A stretch of 64,000 nucleotides of DNA, from NCBI GenBank assembly GCA_964016885.1, contig OZ024741.1, forward strand, positions 202,120,001 through 202,184,000, in the 5' to 3' direction. Position 1 is the first letter of the stretch. Each line of letters begins with the position of its first letter. This stretch comes from Eledone cirrhosa (taxonomy: Eukaryota). The notes beneath the pieces are model-generated. The model saw only the letters and a list, made by a program, of their open reading frames with translations, did not search any database and was not told the DNA's origin. The position numbers were made by a program, and so were the translations under genes. This document shows, piece by piece, positions 51,857-64,000 of the stretch.

Positions 51857-54800
51857 CCAGAGCCCCCCACCCCCACGCATCACCATTATTATTATTACGC
51901 GGACCAAATCATAAGCCAGAGGCCTATACTATCGCTTGCCCGGTTGCCTTCGATATATGATGGATGGATGGATGGACGGACGGACTGCGGAATCCTGGAG
52001 AGTGGAAGGGAGAGAAAAATCTGGACGCCCAGAGCGAAAATGCCAAAGTTAAAGTCAAATTCACCTCGTGGACGAGAATGCGAGCACTCCTCTTTGTTTC
52101 GTCCGCGGATGGCTAACATAACCCTATCTCCTCCCGCCCCCCACCACCCCCACCCTCCAAACGCAACCCAAAACTTCAGAGTTGGTACCATAAATGTAGG
52201 CACCCTAAAGGGTCGCGCTAACGAGGTTGTAGAAATGCTTGAACGTAAGGAGGTCGATGTTTGTTGTATTCAAGAGACCAGGTGGAGGGGTGGGTCTGCT
52301 AGATTCATTGAGGGTAAAAAACGATGTTATAAGCTTTTCTGGGTGGGAAACGACGATGGGCTGGGTGGAGTAGGAATCATGGTAGCAGAAAAGTGGGCAG
52401 ATAAGATAATAGACGTAAATAGAGTGAACGACAGAATAATTAAAATAAGACTTGTCCTCAATAGAACTACGGTGACAGTAATATCTGCGTACGCACCCCA
52501 ATCCGGACTGCCCGGCACTATAAAAGACAGATTCTATGAGACACTGTTGCTAACTACCTCCCAAATATCTGACAGTGACTATATAATTATTGCAGGCGAC
52601 CTAAATGGTCACGTTGGACAACATTGTGACGGCTACGACGAAATCCATGGAGGCTATGGGTTTGGTACTAGAAATGAGGAAGGCTCCAGAATCCTGGAAT
52701 ACTGTGATGCAAATAACCTAACTATCTGTAACACTAACTTCAAAAAACGTGACAATCACCTGATTACCTATAGATCCGGGGAACACACAAGCCAGGTAGA
52801 TTATATCCTTACCAGAAGACGTGACAGAGTGTCTGTTGTAAACACTAAATCCCTCCCCCATGAAGAATGCACCTCCCAACATAGACTGATAATTAGCGAC
52901 CTCATAGTCAGGACGAGACGTACCCGACAGCAGAAGAGGACTATCCTCAGGAGGAAAATATGGAAACTAAAGGACCCCACAGCCAGAAATAAATTTCAAA
53001 GCATATTACTTGATGCTTTCGACAGTAAGGAAGAGCATCTAGAATCGGACAATATAGAGGGACAGTGGAAATTTCTGAAAGCAAACCTGCTGTTGGCGAC
53101 AGACGAAGTCTGTGGCTGGAGCAGGCCTGTAGGCAGGAGGAGAGTAACATGGTGGTGGAACAATAGGGTGGAGGGGTCAATTAAGGCCAAAAAGCAGGCT
53201 TGGAAAGTATGGCGGGATGGGGGAAGTAGAGTAGACTATCAAGTGGCCAGGAGGGAAGCTAGGAGAGAAGTGTACTTAGCAAGAAGGGAAGCTGAGGAAA
53301 GAAAGTTCAAACATGTTCTACAACGCGATGACCAAAAACGTGAGGTGTTCAGGATTGCCAGGCAATGCGTCAAGGAAAACCGTGATATTGTCGGGGAGAA
53401 GTGTGTACTTAACGATGATGGCATACTTGCCATCACCGACACTGATAAGAAGGTAGCTTGGAAGTGTCACTATGAAAGGCTACTAAATGAGGAGAATAAA
53501 TGGGAGAAAGACAGTCTCCCCCATATCGACCCGATAGAGGGACCAGCAGTGTTAGTCGAGGGGAGTATAATAAGTAAGGCAATCAAGGATATGAAGACTG
53601 GTAAGGCGGCTGGGCCTTCGGAAATAGTTGCTGAGATGCTGAAGGCATCTGGCACGGTGGGACACACCATGGTCACCCGCATAGTTAACCAAGTCGTACA
53701 GAATGGGGTTGTTCCGAAGGACTGGCATAGCAGCAGCATCGTTAACTGTTATAAGGGTAAAGGAGACGCCCTAGATAGGAGTAACTATAGAGGCATTAAA
53801 TTAATCGACCAGGTCATGAAGGTCACGGAAAAAGTAATAGCGCAACTAATCAGAGAGAGAATTGATCTAGATGAAATGCAGTTCGGGTTTGTGTCAGGCA
53901 AAAGCACCACAGACGCTCTTTTCATAGTACGATAACTACAGGAGAAGTACCTAGCTAAAGGTAAACCCCTCTACTTAGCTTTTGTCGACCTGGAGAAAGC
54001 CTTCGACAGAGTCCCCCGCTCCATTATCTGGTGGGCTCTTAGAAAACTAGGCGTTGACGAATGGCTTGTGAGGGCTATACAAGCCATGTATAAAGAAACA
54101 GTCAGCAAGGTTAGAATTAACAACGAATATAGTGAAGAGTTTAGCGTAAAAGTTGGCGTCCATCAGGGCTCTGTTCTCAGCCCCCTACTATTTATTATTG
54201 CCCTTCAGGCTATAACAGAGGAGTTCAAGACAGGCTGCCCATGGGAACTCCTATACGCAGACGACCTGACACTCATAGCGGAATCAATGGCCGAGCTAGA
54301 GAAGAAATTCCAAACATGGAAGCACGGCCTAGAGTCAAAAGGACTTAAAATTAACCTGGCTAAGACCAAAGTTCTAGTTTGTAGGAAAGAAAACAAGGCG
54401 GCGGTCCCTTCTGGGAAATGGTCGTGCTCGGTATGTAGGAAAGGCGTAGGTAGAAACTCCATCTTATGTCCTAAATGCAAAGTATGGGTGCATAAAAGAT
54501 GTAGTGGGATCACAGGTAAGCTAACTAAGAACATAGACTTTACATGTGGCCGGTGTTCTGGTGCAATAAGTAGCAGCAAGTGCCCACAAAATACTAGCTC
54601 TTTCAATTGCACAGAGGGTTCTATAGAAATAGTGGACAGCTTCCGTTACCTGGGCGATAAAATCAGCAGTGGGGGAGGGTGCTCTGAAAGTACTGTAGCT
54701 AGAGTCAGAACTGGTTGGAAAAAGTTCAGAGAGCTTATACCACTATTAGCTGCTAAAGGGTTCTCCCTAAAAATGAAAGGCAGGTTGTACGATGCCTGCA

Positions 54801-55578
54801 TACGAACAGCAATGTTGCATGGTAGTGAGACCTGGGCATTGTGTGCAGAGGATATACGCAGACTAGAGAGGAACGAAGCTTGCATGCTCCGCTGGATGTG
54901 TAACAGTAATATACGTGAACGGCAAAGCATAAACGAACTAAGGAAAAAATTAGAGATACGAGGGATCAGATGTTGTTTACTCGAGAGAAGGCTGCGTTGG
55001 TATGGACACGTGATGCGCATGAAAGTCGATAGCTGTATTACAAAGTGCAGGGCAATAAAGATAGACGGTAGCCACGGAATAGGCAGACCTAGAAAAACAT
55101 GGGATGAGCTGATAAACTCCGACCTCACACACTTACACCTCTCCAAGACAATGTCACTGGACCGTGACCTTTGGCGGTACTCAGTAACAGAGAAGACCCG
55201 CCTTGCCAGTAGGCATCTCTAACAAACTACACCCCGTCCCGCCACCACCCCCACCCCATCCACACCACCCCGTTCTATGTAAAGTTATGTTGGTGCCGCG
55301 CCATCCAGGCCGAAACAAATGAGATCGTGTAGGTGTCACGACAAAAAAACACACAGTCCACGCTGTAATGTGGCCGTGTAGGCAACACGGTAAAAACCTC
55401 CCAGACCCACACTGTAAATGTGGTTGGTGTTAGGAAGGGCATCCAACTGTAGAAAACCTGCCAGACAGTCCTATGCGAGCAAGACAATCACTCTTGCCTC
55501 AAGTGGGACTACCCCCGTCCAAACCCATGCAAGCGTGGAACACGGACGTTAAACGTTGATGATGATGATGATGATGAT
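51855..55578 (+). mobile_element. Full-length young RTE LINE with (GAT)n tail and long TSD
   Basis: 5' UTR, single ORF, 3' UTR, (GAT)7; ataattaccatgttatatacatgtatgta+(TA)n on both sides. Confidence 0.92.
52109..55222 (+). pseudogene. RTE polyprotein (APE-RT with PHD finger), one premature TAA at 53933-53935
   Basis: ORFs 51704-53935 and 54068-55222 share a frame; VR*LQEK here vs VRQLQEK and VRKLQEK in sibling copies; YADD intact. Confidence 0.9.
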
Positions 55579-55601
55579 ATAATTACCATGTTATATACAT
55601 G

Positions 55602-55660
<59 letters not shown>

Positions 55661-55699
55661 ATATAATATATATATTATATATATATATTATCTTGGTAC

Positions 55700-56655
55700 C
55701 ACAAAACATCCATCTTGATTGGGTCTTCATGTGTATCTATCCTGGGCTAGGGCATAAGCTCAAAACAAGTCCCACTGTCTGTCTACCCTAGCAGAGTGGG
55801 CACTCGGGGCTATCTGATTTGCCCCACTTGATTGAATTTATATTCAAGGACAGGAGATCATAAACAGATCTGAGGAGAAAACTGATTATTAAAGGCGTCA
55901 TATGCCACAAGTCATTTTAGCTGAGACACCTCTGGAATGCACCTTTCCACATCATCCACTGGCCCTGTTGGCGCTGCTGAACTGCCTTCAAGAGTCTTCT
56001 GGAATCCTCTTCCTTCTTCACCTCCTGTAAATTCAGATCTCTCCTCATCTTTTCCCTGGCCTCTGACCACTGTTCCATTTTTGTTACGCCCAGTCCTTGC
56101 CTATTGGTCTGAGTCTGTCCTATGATATCTCTGATCAGAAGGCTTTCTTTTGCTGCATCTACTGCCTCCTGAACCTGTCTTCAGCCTGGACCCACTCAAC
56201 CCCATGACCGTGTCTTCTGAGTTCTCAAGCATGGTCAAGAACCTTGCTTTTCTGACCTTGTACTCCTCAAAAATGGATTTGAGGGATAGAATCTGCTTAG
56301 CCAGGCGACAGAGTGCAGCATTGTGAGACCTGGGAGGACAGCAAGCCACTTCCTTGTGTATTTGTTGATTTTGGCCTCCATGGCCTCCACCATACTAGAG
56401 CAGATATTGTATATCATCAGAGGCTAGAGAAGCTTTGGGATCAACATGAATTGCAAGCACCAAACCTTATATTTGCCAGAGAGGCTACATTGATCTATGT
56501 CCTGCAGACTTTTTTCCACCATTTGCTTTGTTTCAGCTCCCTTTTTCCTATCTTTCAGATTGTCATCATACCATCTTCCAAAGCTTTTGATTGGTTCCTC
56601 AGCCACTGTTTGGATTTTTTGGATCATAAAGAGAACACTGTTGGAACATAAAGAC
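55700..56655 (-). mobile_element. Degraded HERO-like (RLE non-LTR) fragment
   Basis: EEPIKSFGRWYD, LSGKYKVWCLQF..PKLL, RKWL, EEYKV, SFLLRSVYDLL. Confidence 0.6.
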
Positions 56656-56659
56656 CCAT

Positions 56660-57177
56660 AAGAAATATTACAATGGCATTTTATCCAATACAAGGTTTCT
56701 CCATACATACAAAAGGAAGACTGCATGATGCATTTGTGTGAAGTACAATGCTGCATGGCAGTGAAACATGGACTGTGACTACAGAGGACATATAATCGAC
56801 TGGAGAGAAATGAAGCAACCTTGCTTCATTGGATGTGCAATGGAAATGTGAGAGAAAAGCAGAGCTTGGATAAGCTGAGGGAAAAGTTGGGTTTAAGAGG
56901 AATCCAAGGTGATGTGCCGGATAGAAGACGGCATTGGTATGGATGTGATGCACATGGATCATGATTGCTGAGTGAAGAAGTGCCAGGAAATCCCAGTGGA
57001 ATGAAGCCAGAGTAGAGGTAGACCAAGAAAGACCTGGGCAGAGGTTGTGAGAGCTGACCTCAAATCACTGAGACTCACAGAGGAGATGACAAAGCAATAA
57101 ATGAGATGCTGCGCTGAGAATGACTGGTCCAACCCATGCAAGTGTAAAGAAACAAACATAAAAACGATGATAATGAC
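56660..57177 (+). mobile_element. Old RTE 3' fragment
   Basis: MLHGSETW and GRPRKTW remnants; another fragment at 63690-64000 (-). Confidence 0.7.
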
Positions 57178-57514
57178 TTTACCAATTCTGCCAATCCACC
57201 ACCCTCAAAATGTGTTATGTTGATGTTACTTTTGCAACTCATTTTGATTAACACTTCAAGAAATTTTACTTTAATTTGTCCTTAATACTGTTGGGGAAAA
57301 GTACATGTGACATGATATTTAACCATCTTCTTGAGCTTAAGGAAAATAATCAAATTTTAAAAATATAATCTATTTATTTAAAATTTATAGAATATTTTAC
57401 AAAGTTGTTCTCGTTTTTTCATATCTTCTTCAATAACTAGAAAGCTAATTTTACATAATTGGCAACAAAGAATGTAGGTTTTACTTGTGGCTGGTGCACA
57501 GGGGCAGTAAATAG

Positions 57515-58680
57515 CAAGAACCCTCAGGATACAATCACCTTCAAATACTCAGAGGGCTCGGTTGAAGAGGTAGATAGTTTCTGTTACCTGGGTGACCAAA
57601 TCAGTAGTGGGGAGGGTGTTCTGAAAGCACAGTAACCAGAGTGAGATCGGGTTGGAGAAAATATAGGGAACTACTACTGTTACTAACTACAAAATATTTT
57701 TCCCTCAAAATGAAAGGCAGACTGTATGATGCATGTATACGAACAGCAATGTTGCACAGCTGTGAGACCTGGGCACTGTGTGCTGAGAACCTGTGAAGAT
57801 TGTAAAGAAATGAAGCCTCCAAGCTTCACTGGATGTGCAATAGCAATAAATGTGAATGGCAAAGTATAAATGTACTGCGTGAGAAATTAGGCATAAGAGG
57901 GATCAGTTGTTGTGTGCAGGAGAAGAGATTGTGTTGGTATGGACATGTGATGCGTATGATGGGTGACAGCTGTATAAAAAGGTGCAGAGCACTCAAAGTT
58001 GATGGTAGCCGTGGAGTGGGCAGGCCTAGGAAGACTTGGGATGAGGTAATAAAAGCTGACCTTGCACAATTACACCTCACTAAAGCAATGACACAGGACC
58101 ACGACCTTTGGTGCTATGCAGTATTACAGAAGACCTGCCTTCTATTATTCTCAGGCTGAGGCTTATACCTAGTAGACAACACCTCCCTCAACCTTCTCCC
58201 CTCTCAAACACTACCTTTGCGGTAACCCTCCCTCCCCTATTAGCTGTGTCTGCAATTTCCCCAAGCTTCCTTCTCCTTCCCTAGTCCCAAGACATAAGTT
58301 CCTAGTCCCCACTGTAAAGTTGTCATTTCACTGACACGACAAAAAGTGCCCAGTCCCCACTGTAATGTAGTTGTGTAGGTGACATGACAAAAAGCACCCA
58401 GCACACACTGTAAATGTGGTTGATGTTAGGAAGGGCACCCAGCTGTAGAAACCAAGCCAAAATCTGCCCTGGGTGAGCTAAACATGGTTCTCTGACCTGA
58501 TTTTCTCCCTAAATCCTACCCATGCTAGTATGGAAGATGGAAGTTAAATGGCAAGGATGATGATATATATATATGTATATATATGTGTGTGTATATATGG
58601 TATATGTATATGTATGGTATATGTATATGCATGCAAATATATATATATATATAATTACCATGTTATATACATGCATGTAT

Positions 58681-58720
<40 letters not shown>

Positions 58721-59517
58721 TTATACTTGGGGAGGGTCATATTGTTGTAATAATTGTTTCTACTTTAGGCACAAGGCCAGCAAATACCCAGTGCATTACT
58801 GGTACTTTATTTTATCGACCCCGTAAAGATGAAAGGCAAAGTCAACCTCGGCGGGATTTGAACTCAGATCGTAAAGGGAAGTAACTATGCTGGAATGTAA
58901 TAATACATCTGCGACATCATCAGTGGTACTATTATCATGTTTCCGCCTATTGTGTTGTATTGTAATGTTCACGCCATTTTTGGAACATTACAATACAACA
59001 CAATAGAGGGTAACATGATAATAGTACCACTGATGATGTTGCAGATGTTCAACGAAAGAACTTTGTTAGACTATATATATGTATATATCTGTATTTTTAA
59101 CCGTTGGTCAGTCAATGATAAACATTGATTGCCAAATAAATTAACTATGGAGATATAAAAGATGCAGAAGCAAAAACCAACCAAACAGTGAGTGTGTTCT
59201 GATATTATTATTTCTGGCGATGGATTGGCAGTATCAGTAGAGGGTCGGATGCCATGCTTTGCAGCAAAGAGTTACGGCCCTTTATGATCTGAGTTCAAAT
59301 GCCGCCGAGGTTAACTTTGCCTTTCATCCTTACGGGGTCGATAAAATAAAGTACCAGTAATGCACTGGGATAATTGCTGGCCTTGTGCCAAAAGTAGAAA
59401 TAATTATTTCTGGCAATATTATTACAACAATATGACCCTCCCCAAGTATAACAATATTTGTTTCGACACATGATTTCATATCAAAAAATCCTCCAAAGCA
59501 AAAATATATATAATATA

Positions 59518-59574
<57 letters not shown>

Positions 59575-60379
59575 TATATTATGTTGGAGCCACAAAACAT
59601 CCGGCACACACTGTAAATGTGGTTGGCATTAGGAAGGGCATCCAGCCATAGAAAACCACCCAGAAAGTTCTATATTAGTGAGACACTTTCACCCGGTCCA
59701 ACTTGCCTCTAAATTGGACAAACCCCTCTAACTACCCATGATAGCGTGCAAGAGATGGATGTTAATCGATGATGATGATGATGACGATGATTGTATATCT
59801 TCAGATATACCAAATTCACATACATATTTGTGTACAGCTATGTCGAAGCTAAATTCTAATTCTATTTTAGTTGAGCCAACATAAATAAATATATATATTT
59901 ATATAAATATGTTCACATAAATAAATATTCACATAAATAAATATATATACTTATATAGATACGAGGGTTAGCTGAAAAGTTCATAAGCTGAATAAGATAC
60001 TCTCATGAATGTGACCAAATGAGGTTTATTTTTCAACATAGTCCATCTTACGGCCCACACATTTCTTCCATTGGTATTGGAGTGCTTGGATCCCATTGGT
60101 GAAGAAGCTTTCATCTTGTTAAAAAACGTCACCAACAGTAGATATGACATAATCATTACTGCAATTCTGGTTCCCACCCAAGTGTTTTTTCACATTGGGG
60201 AACAGGATAGTGAGATGGGGCCAAATTAGGAGAATAAGGAGGGTGATTAGCTAGTTCAAAGCCACAGTCATGCACAGCAGCAATTGAAACCAAAGACTTT
60301 TGTGCTGGAGCATTGTCCTGGTGAAGCAAGACCCCTTTCGTCAGTTTTCCTGGGTGTTTGGTCTTGATAGCTTGATAGC
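57515..60379. repeat. Right arm of the inverted segmental duplication
   Basis: Reverse complement of 47964-51704 without the HHR insertion, and with an intact SINE head. Confidence 0.9.
59216..59405 (+). mobile_element. tRNA-derived SINE, full length
   Basis: A box, B box, central domain, 3' end gtagaaataatta. Confidence 0.85.
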
Positions 60380-62369
60380 TAAGCGGGATCAGTTGTTGTC
60401 TGCAGGAGAAGAGATTGCGTTGGTATGGACATGTGATGCGTATGATGGGTGACAGCTGTATAAAAAGGTGCAGAGCACTCAAAGTTGATGGTAGCCGTGG
60501 AGTGGGCAGGCCTAGGAAGACTTGGGATGAGGTAATAAAAGCTGACCTTGCACAATTACACCTCACTAAAGCAATGACACATGACCACGACCTTTGGTGC
60601 TATGCAGTATTACAGAAGACCTGCCTTCTATTATTCTCAGGCTATGGCTTATACCTAGTAGACAACACCTCCCTCAACCTTCTCCCCTCTCAAACACTAC
60701 CTTTGCAGTAACCCTCCCTCCCCTATTATCTACATTTGTAATTTCCCCAAGCTTCCTTCTCTCTCCCTAGTCCCAAGAAATAAGTGCCTAGTCCCCACTG
60801 TAAAGTTGTCGTGTCAGTGACATATATATATATATATACATATATATACATACATACATATATATATATGTGTATGTACACACAAATATATATATATGTA
60901 TGTATATAGATATATATTATGTTAGTACCACAAAACATCCAGCCCACACTGTAAATATGGTTGGGATTAGGAAGGGCATCCAGCTGTAAAAAAAACAGCC
61001 TGAAACAGTCCTATATGAGCGAGACATGGTCACCTGACCCAACTTGCCTCTAAATGGAGCAAACCCATGCTAGCGTGGAAGATGGACATTAAACAATGAT
61101 CATGATTAATATCTGAAGCAGGATGTCTATATGATACAGTCAGATGCTTTTATTGTCATAGGATTTTCCATAACTGAATGTATGTCAAAATATGTCTCCT
61201 CCTCTCCTTTCTAGGCAAAGTAGAATGAATGTTTTTATTCTGGAAAAAAAAGCAAAATTTGTTTCCTGTGTTAAATGTAATATACTTATTTCAGGGAGTC
61301 ACGAATAAATTGATAGAATGTTGACTTTCCAACTGTAAGGCAATCATTTGCATCCTTCTAGCAGTAAATAGGTGCCTCACAGAGTTTTATAATGCTGAGT
61401 TTTTCACAGTATCTGAGGGAGGGGTGATTTAGGAGCAGGAGGAGATATTGGAATTTTAAAAATCCTATTTATGAGTAATTAAATTTTAAAAAATACAATA
61501 CAACATCCACAATTAATTTATATCAAGGCTTGGCTAGCATCTAAGTATGGATATTATTTAGGTTGATTAACTGATAGTCACATGAATTATGTGTGGGATT
61601 GTCCAAACACATTTATTATTGTTTTTTCATAGAGATAGCTTCACAAAAGTGTCAAATTTTTCCTGTTGCCCTCCTTTACTTTTGAGTGGTTTTAAGTGTT
61701 CCAAGATGACACTCATAGAAGATATTTATAAATCTATTTTGAGTTCCTGAAAGAATAACCATACTTAAGCAACTGAAGGACAACTAAAACAAGAAGATTG
61801 AAGTGAGTGTGATTGCTAACACACACATTCTATTTTTTTTAAATGATATTGAAACAATGATACAGACAAGCAAGCACTCATATATATTGTAATGTTCCTA
61901 GAAGCTTATACCATCGTGCTAAGGAAGATTTTAAGTCATTGAAATTCTTAAATGCAAATGATTTGTACACCATTTTCTTTCAAAAGTGTGGTGACAGCAT
62001 CTCTACAATCAAGATATATCAGGAACAAAAACGATGAGATTTTCACATTCCTTTAAGTTTATCTGTTGCCTCCATTGCTATCAAATTCATACAACTGCCA
62101 GATTTTGACTACTACTTATTCTGCTTTGATGATATCCACTTCTGCACTAATTGTTCTTAGTGACTTCATTTCCTGATTTTGCTTTGCTCTTTCACTCCAC
62201 TCACGGTGACCCAGTTGCTATGAAGCTGAAAGAGTGGCTGCTTTCAACATACATCAACTTGTCTCTTCTCAGACTGTTAACCTGCTGATTCTTTGAACCA
62301 TTTCTTTATTTTAAACTCAGTCTCTCCATAGATATTAGAGTATATACAAAGTTTATAAAAAAAAAAACA

Positions 62370-62900
62370 TATCTGCCCTTAGGCTGGGAAAAAAAAGTAC
62401 GTATTTGGTGGGGTTCAATTGTTAATCTACTTGAAGTAGTCCCCTTGGGCCTGCACACACTTATCCAAATGATAATCCCATTGTCGAAGCATGTCTGGAA
62501 TGCTTCTTCCAGAATGGCACACAGCTCCACCATCATAGCCCACATGATGTACTCTCAGCTCTCAAAGCAGGAACATTTCAGTGGCATCTTCATTTATGGA
62601 AACAACCAGAAGTCAGAAGGAGTCATGTCTGAAGAGCAGTGAGCCTGGAAAATAAACCGAATGATCTTTCTTTGCCCAGAAACCTTGGATTAGCTGCAAC
62701 GAATGAGCTGAGGCATTGTCATGATGCAGCTGCCAGTTTTGCGAGGCCTACAGATCCAGTCTCTTGGACCAAACTGCAATACGATGTTGATGGACATTCC
62801 GATAGTAACTGTTTGTCCTTTTGTTGCATATTTATAATGCAAAGCTCCTCAGTAATTGAAGAAGACAGCAGTATCACCTTTATTTTGCTTTGCACCTGAC
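62370..62900 (-). mobile_element. Highly degraded mariner-like fragment
   Basis: Minus-strand HHDNA-like remnant at ~62715 and C-terminal KCVQAQGDYF at ~62432-62462. Confidence 0.5.
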
Positions 62901-63191
62901 AAGCTCACAAAAAATGATATATATGCATGTTTCCCTAATGTCAATAATTCCCACAGGAAAGAATATAGTGGCACATTTTTTCAACAGATCCAGTACACTT
63001 TAAGAATCCTTATAACACTACTTTATCACTGCAATTCAACCCTACATTAAAATAACATGCACCAGCTGCAACTTAGTGCATACACTGGTTGCACAAGTTG
63101 GCTAATTGAATAGACATTCACAATTTCTTATGTAAATTATCTAGAGCAGCAAATGTCCCTTAATTCTGACCCATCTGAAAATTCTAAACAA

Positions 63192-63378
63192 ATAATTGTT
63201 TCTACTTTAGGCACAAGGCCAGCAATTACCAGGTGCATTACTGGTACTTTATTTTATCGACCCCGTAAGGATGAAAGGCAAAGTTAACCTCGGCGGGATT
63301 TGAACTCAGATCATAAAGGGCCGTAACTCTATGCTGCAAAGCATGGCGTCCGACCCTCTACCGATACTGCCAATCCAC
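63192..63378 (-). mobile_element. tRNA-derived SINE, full length
   Basis: Reverse complement of the same SINE family. Confidence 0.85.
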
Positions 63379-64000
63379 AAATAATGCTTTCTAATTTAGG
63401 CACAATGCCAACAAGCTCAGTATTAAATTAGTTCTTTATTTTAACTCTTGAGAGGATGAAAAGCAAAGTTGACTTCAACAGGATTTCAACTGAGAACCTA
63501 AAGAGCCAAAACAAATACCTAAAATACTGAACAAGTAATGGAAACAACTTTTATAAACTAGCTATTTACCTCTACCTTGCTTTCAATAAATTATGTTACT
63601 GCAGTCCAGACTTAAACTAAGTTATAGCAGGCAGAAGAAATGTGGTTCCACATTAGAAGGCATATCTTTTCAAACATAATCATCATCACAACATAGTGCC
63701 AGCCTTCTTGATCCGTTGTCATCACAGTTGTGAGGCTTAGTTTCTTAAAGTCACTCTTCACTACCACATCTCATGTCTTCCTGGATCTGCCTATTCCTCC
63801 GGTTCCAGCCACTGGGATGGTTCTACAATACTTTATGCAACTATCCTCCATATGCATCACATGTCCATACCAACACAGTCTTCTCTCTTTCACATTACAT
63901 CCAATCCCTCTTATGCCAAGTTTTCTTCTGCAATTAAGGCCTATGTTTCACTGTCATGTATCATTGCAGTTCGCATGCAGGCATCATACAATTTACTTAT

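Noticed and set aside
51704-52108. N-terminal 135 aa of the 743-aa ORF
   Set aside because: Microsatellite and 5' UTR read-through; homology to the sibling RTE begins near 52109.
61200-61340. Possible host exon (ttttcag-like acceptor at 61294 to gtaagg)
   Set aside because: The 40-nt candidate has stops in all three frames and no supporting exons.
62040-62305. Possible old LINE endonuclease remnant (LIVLSDF)
   Set aside because: Too degraded to support by eye.

Overview
This is AT-rich eukaryotic (animal) DNA made almost entirely of transposable elements and (TA)n/(CA)n/(TTA)n microsatellites; I found no host gene. The repeat mix suggests a cephalopod (Octopus-like) genome, which is an inference. 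It contains: Penelope-like elements (PLEs, mostly Naiad-type RT/GIY-YIG); two nested Ty3/gypsy elements; RTE LINEs, one intact except for a single stop and carrying a PHD finger inside the RT; a Tx1/L1 tandem and a Dong/R4-type element chained through (TTA)n tails; HERO-like and mariner fragments; tRNA-derived SINEs; and an inverted duplication (47964-51704 vs 57515-60379). The most interesting signal is a cluster of type I hammerhead ribozyme (HHR) motifs: 8 well-formed and about 8 degenerate. Most lie in small non-coding units with direct or inverted terminal redundancy next to (TA)n tracts, resembling retrozymes or non-autonomous PLE derivatives. One has a paralogous empty site in this window. 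All folds and family assignments were made by eye and need confirming.
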